Of a stretch of 64,000 bases of DNA, positions 38,961 through 52,579 are shown piece after piece. The notes under the pieces were generated by a model. That model was not told the origin of the DNA and ran no database searches. It saw nothing but the letters and a program-made list of their open reading frames with translations. Source of the DNA: Daphnia carinata (lineage: Eukaryota); the NCBI RefSeq assembly GCF_022539665.2, contig NC_081332.1, positions 2,728,001 to 2,792,000 on the forward strand, in the 5' to 3' direction. The translations under genes were made by a program, and so were the position numbers. Position 1 is the stretch's first letter, and each line of letters begins with the position of its first letter.

Positions 38961-40247
38961 TTATAGGTTGACCTGGCGAACATTTAAATTTAAACGCATT
39001 TTTGACATGACTGTCGACCAGCGGCCTTGGTTAAAAAGAATAAAATATAACTGTAAGTGTGCACCAGTATTTACTTGAAATAACTTAATGATTTACCATC
39101 GACGGCGAATTCAGCATTCGAGATTATTTTAGGCACGGCATGATAACAAAGTCTTGATGGACCTAATACGAATTGTTATTCATCGGTCGACGAGACTATC
39201 TTGCACCCAAATACCTGACATAATGACAACATCTCCACTGTGGATGAACATCGGGGTTGGTGCAACGTTTTTCTCGGTTCCGCCCAGCAAAAAAATTGCA
39301 GTTTGACCAAAACTAGGCAATCACAGAAACAAACAAACCAGGTAAAAGTTTTACTTTATGGCAACTAATTTAAACAATGAACTTCTCCTTACAAACCACA
39401 GTATAGTACTAACCTTATAGAAATCAATGGAGCATCATGATTTTTTTCTGAGTGATCAGTATGACCACCAATTGATGAATCAAGGGAGTAATAATTCACT
39501 ATAGCAGCTTCTGCTGTAAAGGTTTCGAATCCAACACATTTAGCTATAATGGAGGAAAGCTGACTTAGATCGCAAGGAAACTTATCTCTATAGTTTTCAT
39601 CATACTCCTATACAGAAAAATTTCTAATTTACTCAAAATTAATTTAAAAGTATTTAAATACCTTTGTATCCCAATTATGGTGGTATCCAAGGGTGGCCCA
39701 TCTGAGTTTTTGAAGGATGGTGTCATCACTACAATTTCTGATATCAATATTTTGTTTAATATTAATTGGGTTGGGTGGAAGACAATAATTCTCAAATGAC
39801 TGTTGTATCCAGTGTTCTATTCCACTTTTTGTAAATGGGTTTGATATGAAAAATAGCCCTTTGAAACAAAAAAGGTGAGTATTGGTTATATTTATGACAA
39901 TTGATGGAATGCTAATTATTTCTATACCAGGATGTTTGTTAATGGTGAATATGTTCCAATCCTTTAGTGGTGTCAAACCTAGATCGTTGTAGGTGAAACT
40001 CAATCTATCACAGCAGGGTGAATAGGTTTTGATTCCCTAGAATCCAAGTAATTACAAACTGACACATTAATAATTTAAAATGATACCCAGCGAATTTGCG
40101 GGAAGCACTAACATTTTGCCCAAAAGTCTTTTCGTCTTGAAAATTAATAACGCCTGTTAAATCAGGAGATGGGCATTTTTGCTTGTAATATTTAAACACT
40201 CTTCGGAAATTATCTGAATCACAATTTGTTATTCTTTCCTGCTGCAT
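38961..40247 (-). CDS. ALKBH1: AlkB homolog 1, Fe(II)/2-oxoglutarate nucleic acid dioxygenase, multi-exon
   Basis: [10 protein letters not shown]-terminus, [25 protein letters not shown]...GGHTDHSE (HxD), [28 protein letters not shown], terminal RLNLNVRQV; stop at 38961-38963. Confidence 0.92.
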
Positions 40248-40384
40248 TTTTTGGTTGATAAATACGAAAAACAAAACACAACTGTAGCAGACGACACAGT
40301 GAAATTTTTTCCAGGAGCGGGTGCAGAACTTCAAAATCCTGATAAATAAAACACGCTTCGTTCTGAAATCTGAATGACAAAAGC

Positions 40385-40982
40385 ATGTCTTCGACAGACC
40401 ATGACAATACGTGGAAATTACTTCATCCAGAACTACTGTCACGAGACGAACTCCTTTCTACGCTTAGAGAGGTAAACGTGATTCAGTTGATCCTACAATT
40501 CATACTAAATTTAAAATGTTAATAAAACAGAGACATGTCAAAGTTGATGAAAACATTTCACATGAAAAAGAACAATTGGTGGAACTGTTCAAAAGGGTTG
40601 CAATGCCACAAGCACAACGGTCTTGTTTTAAAGATAAGACAACTAAAATGGAAGTCGAAAACACCCAGGAAGGAAAACCAACAGTGTCAGCATCTAAACT
40701 GTAAGTTCAACCTTTATTTCATTACTTGGGAAATTTGCTGAGATGTACTGCTCTTTATATGGCTTCAGACATTTTTCCCAAAATGGAAATCCGTCGAGAC
40801 AAAACATTATTGTACAAGGAACTTCAAGTTGTGCCACAACAAGTTCATCATCCTGCAGTATCATGGATGTGACTCAGCAGTTAAAGAAAGCCAAAATCAA
40901 GCGCAGTGCATCTCAAATGAGTGGGCATTGCACCAAAGATGGAACAAATCTCCCAAAACGGGAAAGAATTACATGGCCTTGA
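40385..40982 (+). CDS. ashwin: Ashwin (C2orf49) homolog, tRNA ligase complex-associated; exons 40385-40471, 40531-40700, 40769-40982 (156 aa)
   Basis: LLHPELLS N-terminal motif, LF...MPQAQR, and C-terminal ITWP*, all typical of Ashwin; phases 0 and 2 splice correctly. Exon 1 is not in the ORF track. Confidence 0.82.
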
Positions 40983-41187
40983 ATAGTGTTAAGTGTATTG
41001 TGTGCAATGTTTTATGCCCCTGCCACTTATTTAGCTTTTCTATTCTTTTGGTAGAGAAGGGAGAAAGTGACATAGGTTATTGACAATGGCAAGTGTTCAC
41101 AAAACTTTTGCCAATAAAACCTTAAAATTTTTGTATCGTTTAATATCTAAGACGTTTGAGTTGAGCGGAATAATCTTACGCAGGAGA

Positions 41188-44100
41188 TTATGACGTACTC
41201 TCCGGACAAGCCAGTTTTACCTGATTCGGGTAGCACGTTTGCCCCAATGTGTAGGAGGCAACTAGTACAGTAGCGTTGTTAATGGGACATCCTTGTGGGC
41301 TTATCCATTCCCGGTCAATCTCACCGTCGAAATTGCCACACAGACCGCAGTGTTGATTTTTGTGAAACCAGGTGGGAAATACCGCCACATGACTCCCGCT
41401 ATAGTGAATCAAAAGTCCAGCTCCAGGTGATGAGATCACGTAAATAGGAGCCTGATAGCGTACCCTGTATTTGATGGGGTAATTACTGATATGCTTCTAC
41501 CATTTGCTTTTCATGACTCACTTTAAAACGTAGAATTTATCTCGTCCCTCTGGTAAAGTATACGCATTATTCGTAACGTCCATTTCGACGTCATTAGCTC
41601 GAACGGTAAACTGCTTTCGTCGACCACTTTCATCCGGTATGATTTCTATGGTATGTCCGCCAACTTGTACCTTTGTTGCCTTTTTTGATACAAATGTTTT
41701 ATTTTTCTGGAGATATCGGAACATTATTAAAGCTTTTCGAGGTTTTACCAAAGGATAGAGTCCCGCTGTGCGCCGAACAAAAACTCCAAAAAGGGGATTT
41801 GATCCGCAGTCACTTGTGATTAAAGTGTAGCAAGGTGAGAAGGAGTTGTTGAATTTGACCTTATCCAACGTCCTGATGTATTGCGATGTTACAAGACAGG
41901 AGGCTGTACGTAGCAAGGATAGATTAAGTTTTTTTAGAGAAATAATTTGTACTTGATTAAATTAGCTTACGGAAAACGTCCCCCTCGTAGGCGATTCGTG
42001 TAGTTCGAGGAATACTCGTCGAAGGCAACAGGAAGTTGCCGAAGGGTAGATTGACGGAGTCGTATCTTTCAATAACGTTATTGGTGGCCCAGTGCAAGTT
42101 CACAATTTGGCCACCATCATCCATTTTATCCGGTAGGAAAGTCACATTGACTTGAATGCGCCCCACTTCTTTGCTTTGACCCACTTGATCGGTGTTGCTG
42201 TTGGGTTCGGTTTTCCAGTACGGCAAGAGGGACAGGCTGATTAAGTCGCCCATTTTACCCATCATTTTTTCCAGCTGGAATGGGACAGCAGCGAATCTGA
42301 ACTCAAAGTTGTAGTTTGAAAGGGTAGTAAAGTCTAAGGCCGCGTGATAACAGGCTTCCGTTTGGGGAACGATTCCTGGTGCCCAATTTTTACTCGTTTT
42401 TTCCATGTCGCATTCCTTGTAGGGCCAAGTATTTGCCTCATTTCGCCTCTGCATTACCCACTGTCCTGCAGAAGCCTTAATTCCCATTTTGAAACGAAAT
42501 TGGTCTGTCGGACACTGTAGTAACAAAAAAAATTTAAACAATTGCTGTAGAATGAAATAGTTCATACCAACCTGATTTGAGGACGAGACGTCACCCATGA
42601 CGTACTCGATTGATCCTTGGGCAAGGGGGGGCTGATTGTAACCTGAAATGTCGATTATGTCAGCAGGTGTTGGCTGGAAGACGGAATCAGCTTTAAGACA
42701 TATCATAAAATCCTTGGTGAGGTTTAGTTGGGGAGACCGAACGACAAAGGCACGAACATTGACATTGTTTCTAGATCCTGCATTCTGAAAAAAATTAATA
42801 TTTTCTACTTAGTAAAAAAAAAAAACTTACTTTTTATTGAGTAGAAAAACTTTTTTAAAAATTGCTAAACTAACCCGGTATTCGTATGTCATGTCGAGTT
42901 CTCCCCTGCGATCTGAAGCCGCCGTTTCTCCTTTCCAGTTAAGTTCGATCTTTACCGCCAATTTACCTGACTGCCATGAAACTTCCGCATCGTCACTCAC
43001 GTTTGATTTCATTTTGAATCGGCAGAATAGCTGTATTTGATGTATTTGTTAGTTTATTGCTACTGGTGCAAGTTTGCTTTAGTCTAGCTTGTACCTCTTT
43101 AACCGGAAGATGACTTGATCTAAAGATCCTTCCCCGATATCCGCAGTGACGGCCTTCTGGTTGGACGAACATTTGGTGCTGCAGTTGAATGAAACTCAAA
43201 TACGCCCAACCAGCAGCATTGCCTCTATTTAAATAGTTTTTGTTATTCATAGTTTACATTCATAACGAAACTGATTGCAACCAACCGATAGTTCATTGAG
43301 ACTGGGTTCAGGGCTCCAATGACGGTTTGAATTTGTTTTCCTATAGAACGTCCACTGTCGCAATTAAACACCTGAGCATGCGCTTCCGTGCCTAAAAGGG
43401 TTGAACTTAAATTGGCAATAGTTTCCTATCCAACAGTGAATTAGAATTCGCACCTCTCTCTGTCTTTTTTAACATCATAACTAACCGTTTTTAAAATGGA
43501 TCCTTTTTTCGAAATTACGATTACGGGTAGACACTGGGGACAAGCTCGTCTGACTTTTTCATACGAAGTCTCTGATGGCCGGAGCGTAAGGATTGTGCGA
43601 GCAAAGGAACTTATCTCAATGGCATTCGTTGCTGTAAAAGAAATTTCAAAGGGTTAAGTAAACCAGAAAAAAAGATTTGGTTGCATGGAAAAACCTTTAG
43701 GGTTGACAATGGTAACATCAGTTTGCATCTTTTTGGGATCGGCTATCACTTCAAGATTGAGCGGCACGTTGAAAATGGCTTTTCTGTTGCGAATTACTCC
43801 CTGGGTCAGGTTTAGCGGCGTAAAGTGCGTCAAAATTCCATGATCTCCGTATATCTCTCCGCTGTAGTTAAGAAACATTTCTTTTATGTTTTTTCATTCC
43901 GTAAGAAAAAAGAAAGAAAAACGATTTACTATAAATTGATGTTGAGATGGCGCCCAACAGTTCCAGACTGTTTGGTTTTGGCAATCGATCCTTTCAAAGA
44001 GATGAGAATCGGTGCGCTAAAAACAAAAGATACGGGCAATCCTAATCCATTAGGTTGGGTGTAAAGTAGAGCGCCAGTCGTAGCGTAGCGTTGAATGTTA

Positions 44101-47100
44101 AAAGACAAGTCGTGGAGAAACTCCAAGTTTGTGACAGCTATTGAAAAGAATAGAAATTCAAATGTTAAGTTTTTTTTTTCGGACGCTCATTGTCTCCTTT
44201 TATGTTTAATTTACATGCCAAAGCAGACGTGAGGAAGTTTTTGTCGAAATTGTAGAACATCACTATCGTTCCATGTAATTTGAACACAACGTCCAAACTG
44301 CTTACACCTAATTCCCGTCTCGGGGCAAAGTTAAAATCGTCCATCGTGGCGTGAATACGAGACATTACCAAGTCTTCCTTTCTCAGAGTCGAACTGGAAA
44401 GATTTGTTATATATTTCCGCATGCCCGACATCCGCACAGTGAACTTGTTAATTGAAATCATTAGTCATCACTTGTTTTACGTATAGTTTTTTTTTTCTTA
44501 CTGAAAAGGGTTGAACAGTAGTTCCTTTGACGAAATAGAGAACTTTGCCGGCGACGTACCCAGGCAAGTCATCGAACTCTGAACTGACGGTCCTTAAGTT
44601 GAGTTGGCTACCAAACGAGGAAGCGCTGTCCAGAAAATCATAGGCGTACTCAGCCGAACTACTCGATTCGCTCATATTTTCGCCAATCAATGCATTGACA
44701 AGCTGCTTTGCCTGTTGTCTCCTACGTAAAGGGAATGAATTAGTTATTGATTGCGTGTGAATTCTAAACGAAGCTTAACGCTGGTAGCCTACAGGAGACT
44801 GTTGCAAGGATTGTGACTGTTGGCAATAGTTTTAATGGCCGAGATAACGTAATTGCGGACTTGGCTGTTTTTTTCGTCAGACAGGAGTTGTCGCATTTGC
44901 TCAAGCGTTTCTGCGCTCACGAACTCGTCTAGGATAATCTGAGCGGCGGCAATCCGTACTCTAAAACTGTCCTTGACGTCCCTGAGTACTCGCAGTAGAA
45001 TATTCCAAACCTAAAAGCAGAAGAGTTGATAGAGAACAACTAACTTATTCAAAAACGCGAAATTATTGACGGATTACTTTGTCTTGTTTCTTGTAAGGAC
45101 TTAGACCTTTAATAATGTAAACCCTGATATCATTAGCGCTCTCGTCATCAAGTGCCGCTCTGTTCGTCGCCATTTCCAAAATAGAATCTAACACTGATCC
45201 GTAGCCAACATTTTGCAAGGCATGCACGTAAAGAGCTCTTTCGGCAAACGAAGAGGAACTCGCTGAACAACGATCTTATTAGAAGTGGCAACTTATTTGA
45301 TTTGTAAAACGATTCACCTGCTACGATTTTGTAATATTTTTGTTGCCATTCTTCTATTTTAACCGATCGACAGCTGGAAGGGCTTTCAGAACAAGTTTTC
45401 CCGATGAGGCTAGCCACAGCCAATGTGGCTGCGTTTTTAAAGACGCTCAATTGATCACCTTCTCCCGACATTTTTGCATCGAGAATTTGTAAGAATTCCA
45501 GCAGTAGCTTTTCTGATGGCTCTTTGACGTAGACACCGGCGTAAGCTACAAGGCGAGCAGCTGTCCATACATCCAATTGTCCTTCAAGGATCAAATCTTT
45601 GATGAGAACAACACCGACGTTGCTCCCAGAGTGGAGAATCAAATCCAAAAAGAGATTCCTGTTTTTGGATTCTTATGACTTTTGTGCTCTGCTTGTAATA
45701 GAGGGATTTTTTTTTTTACCTGGCGGTATGAAGTTTTTCGTTTTTGGGAGCGATAGCCAGTTCTTTATACAAGGCTTTTGCGTTGATGTAATCTAAAGAG
45801 CCCAGCTGATAGGAGACTGAAGACAGAGGCAATACGTCCAAACTGATCCGCTGTTCTGAGGTGTAGGATTCTGCTGAAAGAAATTCTACTGCATTGATTA
45901 AGTCAAGTTGAGTCCTGCGACGAAGATTCTCTTGGCCATAGATAAGCGATTCAGGATGCAACATGAGATTCTGTGCCGCTTTCAGGTCCACCCTCTTGTC
46001 ACTTTCACGTTGAAAAACGAACGTTAATTGGTCTTTGAATAGCAACTTGGATGGGCTAAGCGACTCTGAGGAACGGCGTGTTTTTTCCAAATGCATCGTG
46101 AGGCTGCAATCATTTGAAATGTAAAAGAGTTACATACATAACTTATGCAGAGGCAAAGGTTATGTATTTAAATTCTTAATTAGGGTACTTGGTTTTGCTT
46201 TTCATGGATGATTTGCTGATTCCAAACGGGTCCAGCCAGACGACACTAGACGATTCAATTTTTACAAGCTCAGGATGGCCTCTGTTGGGTGCTACTACGT
46301 AACGTGTCGTGCTAGTTGTTCCTGCTATAGTCTACATCCACCACGATACAGTGTAACATAGAAAAAGCTTTATACACTTTCATCAGCAAGGAGAGACAAA
46401 AAGAAAGGAAAATATATAATTAATTCATTGTACCTGATGTTCTCCTCCGGGACAGGACGGAATGTCGATAAAAGTTCTCCATCGACCCAGACTTTCTGGG
46501 CACGAGTCCAAATCGCGATACTTTGTGACGCTGTATTGGTTATCAGCTAGCGGAGTAGAGTAGTAGTTGACGCCACATTTTCCATACAGCGATAACTACG
46601 ACACAGAAACATTACACTGGCTACCTATAATAACGAAAGCGAGAATCACCTCATGGTCAGTATAGATCCTATTGTTGATGCCAGACAGATCAAGTTGCAG
46701 TATAGACGAAATCGAACGCTTGAAGTTGGTCGACCAGAGGGGTTCTTTATCATCGAGAAAAGCGGCAGCTTCCACCTTTTTCGTATAAAGAAAAGCAGAA
46801 TCATTTGGTTACCAGCTAGTAACATTAACAATCTAGACAAATCGCTCTAACTTTAGATCCTGAGTAGAGGAGATGGAATGGTTTGCTCAGCTGTTCATTC
46901 AGTTCAGTCAACTCGAGAAATGTATTGCCAGGGGGCGCAGTTGTACTGTCGCCCTTATCGCCATGCTGAATGGCCAGCGAAATGTTCTTGATCTGCATAG
47001 AAAAGAGTTTAGTGTCAGTGTCAATTCAGACAAAAATGTTTAGTTGCGGACTTTAAGAAGTGAGCGCCATTTGGAATCTTCAACTTTTGAGATGACGTAA

Positions 47101-47363
47101 AGTTGCCCACGCAGCCAAGTTGACGTGACAACTTGGTTGTTGACGCCCGATTCACTTTCGATTGATGCCTCCCATTCGTATCGATATTCAATACCCTCAC
47201 GGAATGGAGACCTGTTTACTGTGTCTGTCCAAACCTGGTTTGTCGCCAAACCTAATTGTAAAGAACAAATATTTGTTCGATGTGACCATGCAAAATGTAA
47301 TAGAAACAAATTGGCTTTATTATGGAACTTACCGAACAATAGAAAACAGTAGTACAGCAACAT
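41188..47363 (-). CDS. Vitellogenin-like large lipid transfer protein (Vitellogenin_N ... VWD), about 20 short exons, roughly 1,500 aa
   Basis: Signal peptide MLLYYCFLLFGLGLA; EYRYEWEA; WSTNFKRSISSILQLDL; SLYGKCGVNY; helical region with RVRIAAAQII; C-terminal VWD (CLVTSQYIRTLD ... HCGLCGNFDG). Not every exon boundary was traced. Confidence 0.82.
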
Positions 47364-48381
47364 GTTTCCAGCCGGTGAAAACCTATCGTTCACCAGAAGA
47401 TTTTTTAGCTTACTGAACTTGAACGAAATCAGCCTCACTCTTTTCATTTACACATAGCTGTTTCTTGTGATAATGCATGGCTCTGGGCTCATCCTTCTTG
47501 GTGCGTTCGTTCATTGGTAAACTATGATAAGACTGCTTCTTAAATTTCATATTACCTTTGACCTTGGTGTCGCTTTCATGCAGCTGGGGTAACTTTGAAA
47601 ACAAAAAAGCGAGATTCTGACTATCTCAAACTATGGATTTCATCCGCCAGTACTTGAGAAGAATACGTCCAGCATGTAAGCCTATGGAATCCATTCGAGT
47701 TACCGTCCGAAATCTGCTGAAACAATAGAAAATTTTAGTTTTTCAATTTGGCTAAAGCACGCCATAAGACGTATTGTCGTGTATCCTTCCATTGTCCAAT
47801 TATTTGCCGTCGGATCTGTTAACTTGAACCGGAAATATCGATTGGGACTGCCCTTTCTAACACGTATCAAGCTGGCACATCTGGTAAGAAAATGGAAATG
47901 ATTACGGCACTAATAGCCAACATATCTTTATTTTAAATGGCCTGTTTGTTTGTTTTTGTCAGAAAAAAAAAACAGATGGTTTAGTTTTCCTATTTTCGTA
48001 ACTGCTCGTAACCGGGGAGTTCAGGGAGGTTCGGGAGCTCAGCAACAACTTACCAAGGAATTTTCAGAATAATCAACGCTCTATGATGTCGTAGTACAAG
48101 TATCGTGTACATAAAAAATTTTCCTGGGTCTGCAGATTATGGATGTTTCTTTTCAATCATTTTTCTATCTGTTTTTTTCTAGACTACTGGTCAGCAGAAG
48201 CGGATGGCGCACAGAAGCGTTAGAATCGTCAGCAGCGATAATTCCAGGAAAGACATACTTTATATATTCTATTTTTTCTTAGAACTTAGAACGTTAACTT
48301 TAGAAACGATAAACCTTTAAATAAAATTAAGAAGTTAGTTGAACTATGATGGCACTTCGACGTGAAAATATAAGGTAGGGA

Positions 48382-50409
48382 TCAGACGGACATCAGTATA
48401 ATGCTTAAATCTTTCCAGGCGTCCATTAGATCGTGGAAATCGTCGATTGTGTCGATATTATTTCCCCCGTGAACTTCATCTGTGTTTCAAAATGAATCGC
48501 CCATTTCACATAGTTGTTTTTAGCTACTATTTTCAAGAGATGGCATGACTAGAAGAAAGGTTGCAAAGTAATACCTTGAACGGCAGTCTCGGCGAAATCA
48601 TCAGCTAGAGTGAGCACCGCGCCCCAGAGTTTCTTGACGACGACGTAACGTTCGGGCGTCAATCGTGGAGCGTTGATGATGTTGGAGATAAGCTGGTGGA
48701 CGCAGGACCGATCAACGACGATCTCGTTCTGCAGAATCATGGTAAATGAATAATTTTATTTTTTATTTGCCAAATAACTTAAAAATATGTTGTCTAGTGA
48801 TATTGTGCATACCCTAAAGTTGTGGCCAATGAACTGGGGAGATATCATGAGAGCCAATGCCATCAGAAGTGACGCTGTTGAGGCCCGACCACTTTTGTAA
48901 AGAATGTCAAAATATTTGACGACCAAATTCATGTCGATGGAACTAAGAGGTAGCAGCACGGATGAGAAAGACCGCAGTAACCAACAGTTGGGCACATCTA
49001 AGAAGAAAGAAGCACAAAACAAAGGTACCATTTATGGCATAAGGTAGAGTGTGGGAGTTTTGTTTTACTTGAAATGTAGACGAGGACTTCCAGGGAGAGA
49101 AACGGAGACCAATTTGGGATCAAGTGTAGGATGCCTATGGTTTTCGCTAATTTGAAAAACACATTGGTATGTTGCTGAAACGCACGGACGTTAAAGGCGA
49201 AATTCCAGTCGATTTGGCCTTGAAAATTTCAAATAGTTTTTATGGTTTGAAATCCGTCATCGAAAAATGAAAATGAAAAACGCTAGTCGTACCGTGGACG
49301 TTAATGGGGCCGTAGAGGAGAAGAAGGACCTTGGCCAGTTGCGCGGTGCCAATCTGGTTGGAAATGAAACCAATCCAAATAGCGCGATCGTAGTCAGTAA
49401 CGCACCTATCTAGAAACAGGTAACGAAGGTTTCGGCGTAAAAAAAGCTCGTTCTCCAAGTCTGTGCCAGGCGCATCACACACAAAGCGTGAAATCTGAAA
49501 TTTTAAATACTTGTCATTTTTTCTTCTTTTTTTTACTACACTACTAAGAAGTTACCGAACGATAAAGAAACAGGCAATCGCTCATGTATGTAAAAACCTA
49601 TCAAAGAAGAGAAACAATATGACCTTTCCTTCGTGTGTTAACAATTGTAAGCTGACCTTGAGGCATTCGCCCTCATCCCATCCAGCAATGAACGACTGCA
49701 ACACAGCGCCAACAAAGGGGAGTGTATCAATTGGGAATGAATTGGCGGATTCTTTCTCAACCAAACGTTGAACCTAGAAATGAGTTCAATGAACGTGAGT
49801 CCGATTAAAATGTGAGGCACTATTTACCTTTTGCATAAGTTCGTGGAAGAATTTTAGCCTAAATTCGACCGTGAAAAGAAAACTAACTCGCTTAAGTAGT
49901 CGTCCGACATGTTGGCTCTGCTGGCATAGAAAATTTATATTCATTTATTCGGTTGTCAACGTTTAAGAGGCGAGAAAACTGCGTACCTGTTCAAGTAGCA
50001 GCACACTTGAAATAGGAATTTTTATCAACAGGCGAGCGACTCTCATGGCAAATTGCTCCTCCGTAACGTAAGCATAGATAACTTTGCCTAGTGCCTTTGA
50101 TGCCATCGACATTTGACTTAAATCATTAACTGAATTCAAAAATGTACAAAATTAAATGCGTTGAAAAATGCCAAACATAATTAAAGAATTGTTACGTGAG
50201 AGACGGTGAAGAACGTAGAACATGACCTCTTCAGTGAGTTTACCGAATAGCGAATCCTCTAAACCCGAAGCTAAATACTGGTTAATCTGCATTTCGACCA
50301 TCACTTTTCGTTTTTTGATAGTGGCATTAGTGAATTTAGAAAAGGCTGTATCTAAGGCATGTTTCACTGCCTTGGTAGAGCTCGCCGTTGGTTGAATCTT
50401 GTCGGTCAT
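48382..50409 (-). CDS. FBXO47: F-box only protein 47-like (PROM-1 family, meiotic), multi-exon
   Basis: F-box (FGKLTEEVMFYVLHRLS..DLSQMSMASK), GRLLKRVSFL, GAVLQSFIAGWDEGEC, PG...ELFLRR..R.LFLD, AKVLLLLYGP, matching recalled FBXO47 motifs. Confidence 0.78.
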
Positions 50410-52579
50410 TTTACAGGACAGTGATGATGGAACCTCCGGAGAAGAAAGCTGACACGTTTTGCACTGAGCGCCAAGACCTTGGAGAATTGCACATCATTTC
50501 CCTTCCCTTCACCCTCGCGCCAGAACTCTGCACGTGACTAAGCCCCTGTTGCCGAATGTTTTTACTTAGGTAATCGTGATTCTCCTCTTGATGAGATGGG
50601 ATCATCCATCAACGTCCGCCGGTCTACCATCATGTTACGAAAAGTTTTTTTTTTAATTTTAATTAATATTCGAAATATCATTTGTTTTGGGAAAAAAAGT
50701 CAGCTGATATTTTCTACGAAACAGAGATGGCGTTGAATAAAGCATGGGTTTTTCCCAACCTCTAGAAACGAAAAAGTGTTTTCCATTTTACCCTGTCATT
50801 TAGCCAAAGTATTTTTCCTATTTGTGTCTCCCGTAATCAACCGTTAAATTATTTTTCTAATCCAGTTGAAAGCTTCCCTGTTATTGTAGAACAGATTCAT
50901 GGGATACCAGTTACCAAGCCAATATAAGCAAATCCGTAATCTTCTGTCATATCAGCACGAACTTTGTTCACCATACACCGAGCACGATTAGGTCTTGACT
51001 AACCTAGTTCGTGTGCGAAACAGCTATAAACCTGATGCTCTACTGATTAACTATTTCACATCGATAAACGGTAATGAGCAGTTATTTATTATTTGAACAA
51101 AAAAAAGTCGAAGCCGTTTTAGAAGGACTGCCACTTGTGAAGTTAAATTCCCATCCCGGATGTTTTTGCAAACATCCTACGCCAGGCATGTTTTATGCAA
51201 TTTTTGTTTCCAAGCCTTATGAGACCTTTCGATGGAATGAATCATTCTCGATAAGACGTATGTACGTAAGCCGTCATACCGCCTACTCGGAGTTTTAGAT
51301 CACGCAGGTCGTTGCCGGTCGTGAGTCATGGTCATTGACAGGCTGCTGGTGCTTTTGATAGAAAAAGATTGAAACATTCCGTGTTGGCGAACAGGATGAA
51401 GGAAAAAGAAGGACTTTTGTCGCTCTGTCGATTAGTATATCAAAGACTACGGCAAGGAAAAATGATGTATTCCATAAATGCCAGACGCTGACAGCATGGC
51501 GGAAAGGCACTGACGTAGAGTTTTGAAGCGGTCAAGGAGATAATGCAGTTATATCGATTAACGTCTCCACGTCTAAAGAAAACGTGGAAAGCCAATATGA
51601 AGATTTTTATGCAAAGACACACAGTCCAAAGGTGCGGAAAAGAATTAAAGGCGTTTCCGTCCTTGCAGTCTGGCTAGCTGTCACGAATATCGTACATTTT
51701 TGTTTTATCATCACCGTTTTCCTTTTTGTAATTGCATCACATCAAACTGTTTAATGTCACCTTACAAGCAACTACACTATAACAAAATCTTTTTCCAGGT
51801 TGGTGCCTTTGCAGTCGATTAAAATGCTTAAGTCGTTCACGTCTAGCGAGTTCGTCAGGTTCGGCCCGCTTGAATTTCAGCTCAGTATTTTCTTGCATAA
51901 TACATGCAGCTCTGAGATGGTGGCTTCATCAGCAGAGTAATAGAGCCCTTGTTCCTACATCTCTGGCAACCACAGATAAACATAAACTATTTATTTTTAA
52001 AACCTTGTTTAGAAACAAGTCGAGAGCCTAGGAGTCGAGAATGATGGGAATGGAATTATTTATTAATTTTTTTTTTCTTGTCTACATTTGAAACATTTAG
52101 TAAAGTTGGCAACGCCGTAACTGTTGCGGCCATATTGGAGGTTTTGACAGAAGGGAAGGAAAAGCTGACTACGAGTGCCGCCCACTGCCCGATAGGTACT
52201 GGCCGTGTCGGTTTCTCCCGCGATTCGGCACACACCAGTAGAGACAGTGTTTTATCGGGTTAGTTGGTTATTTAATCGAACGATAGCAGACGTTTCACCT
52301 AGCAATAATTTGTCATCGTCGTGCATATAGGTGTGTCGAAAGAGTCAAGAAGAAGCGTGGAGCGTTTTTTAATTTCATCAACTCACAAGTTGTGTGTGTA
52401 CCCAGTTTGTCTGTCTTCGCTGCCATCCGAAGGGAGTATTGATTTTCGGTGTATGTGTCTGCCACAGAGAGTGTGCCAGTGCGTGTGTGTAGCCGACGCC
52501 GTGTACCACTAACAATTTAGTGCTTTTTGGTGCAATTCTCTCTTTGAAATTGCCGTTGGGATTGTAGGCCAACCTCAAA

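Noticed and set aside
39520..39533. GGTTTCGAATCC resembling a tRNA T-loop / B-box
   Set aside because: It lies inside an ALKBH1 coding exon and no cloverleaf surrounds it.
50955..51014. Inverted repeat CACGAACT...AGTTCGTG as a possible pre-miRNA
   Set aside because: Only about 8 contiguous base pairs, poor pairing elsewhere, and no miRNA sequence I recognise.
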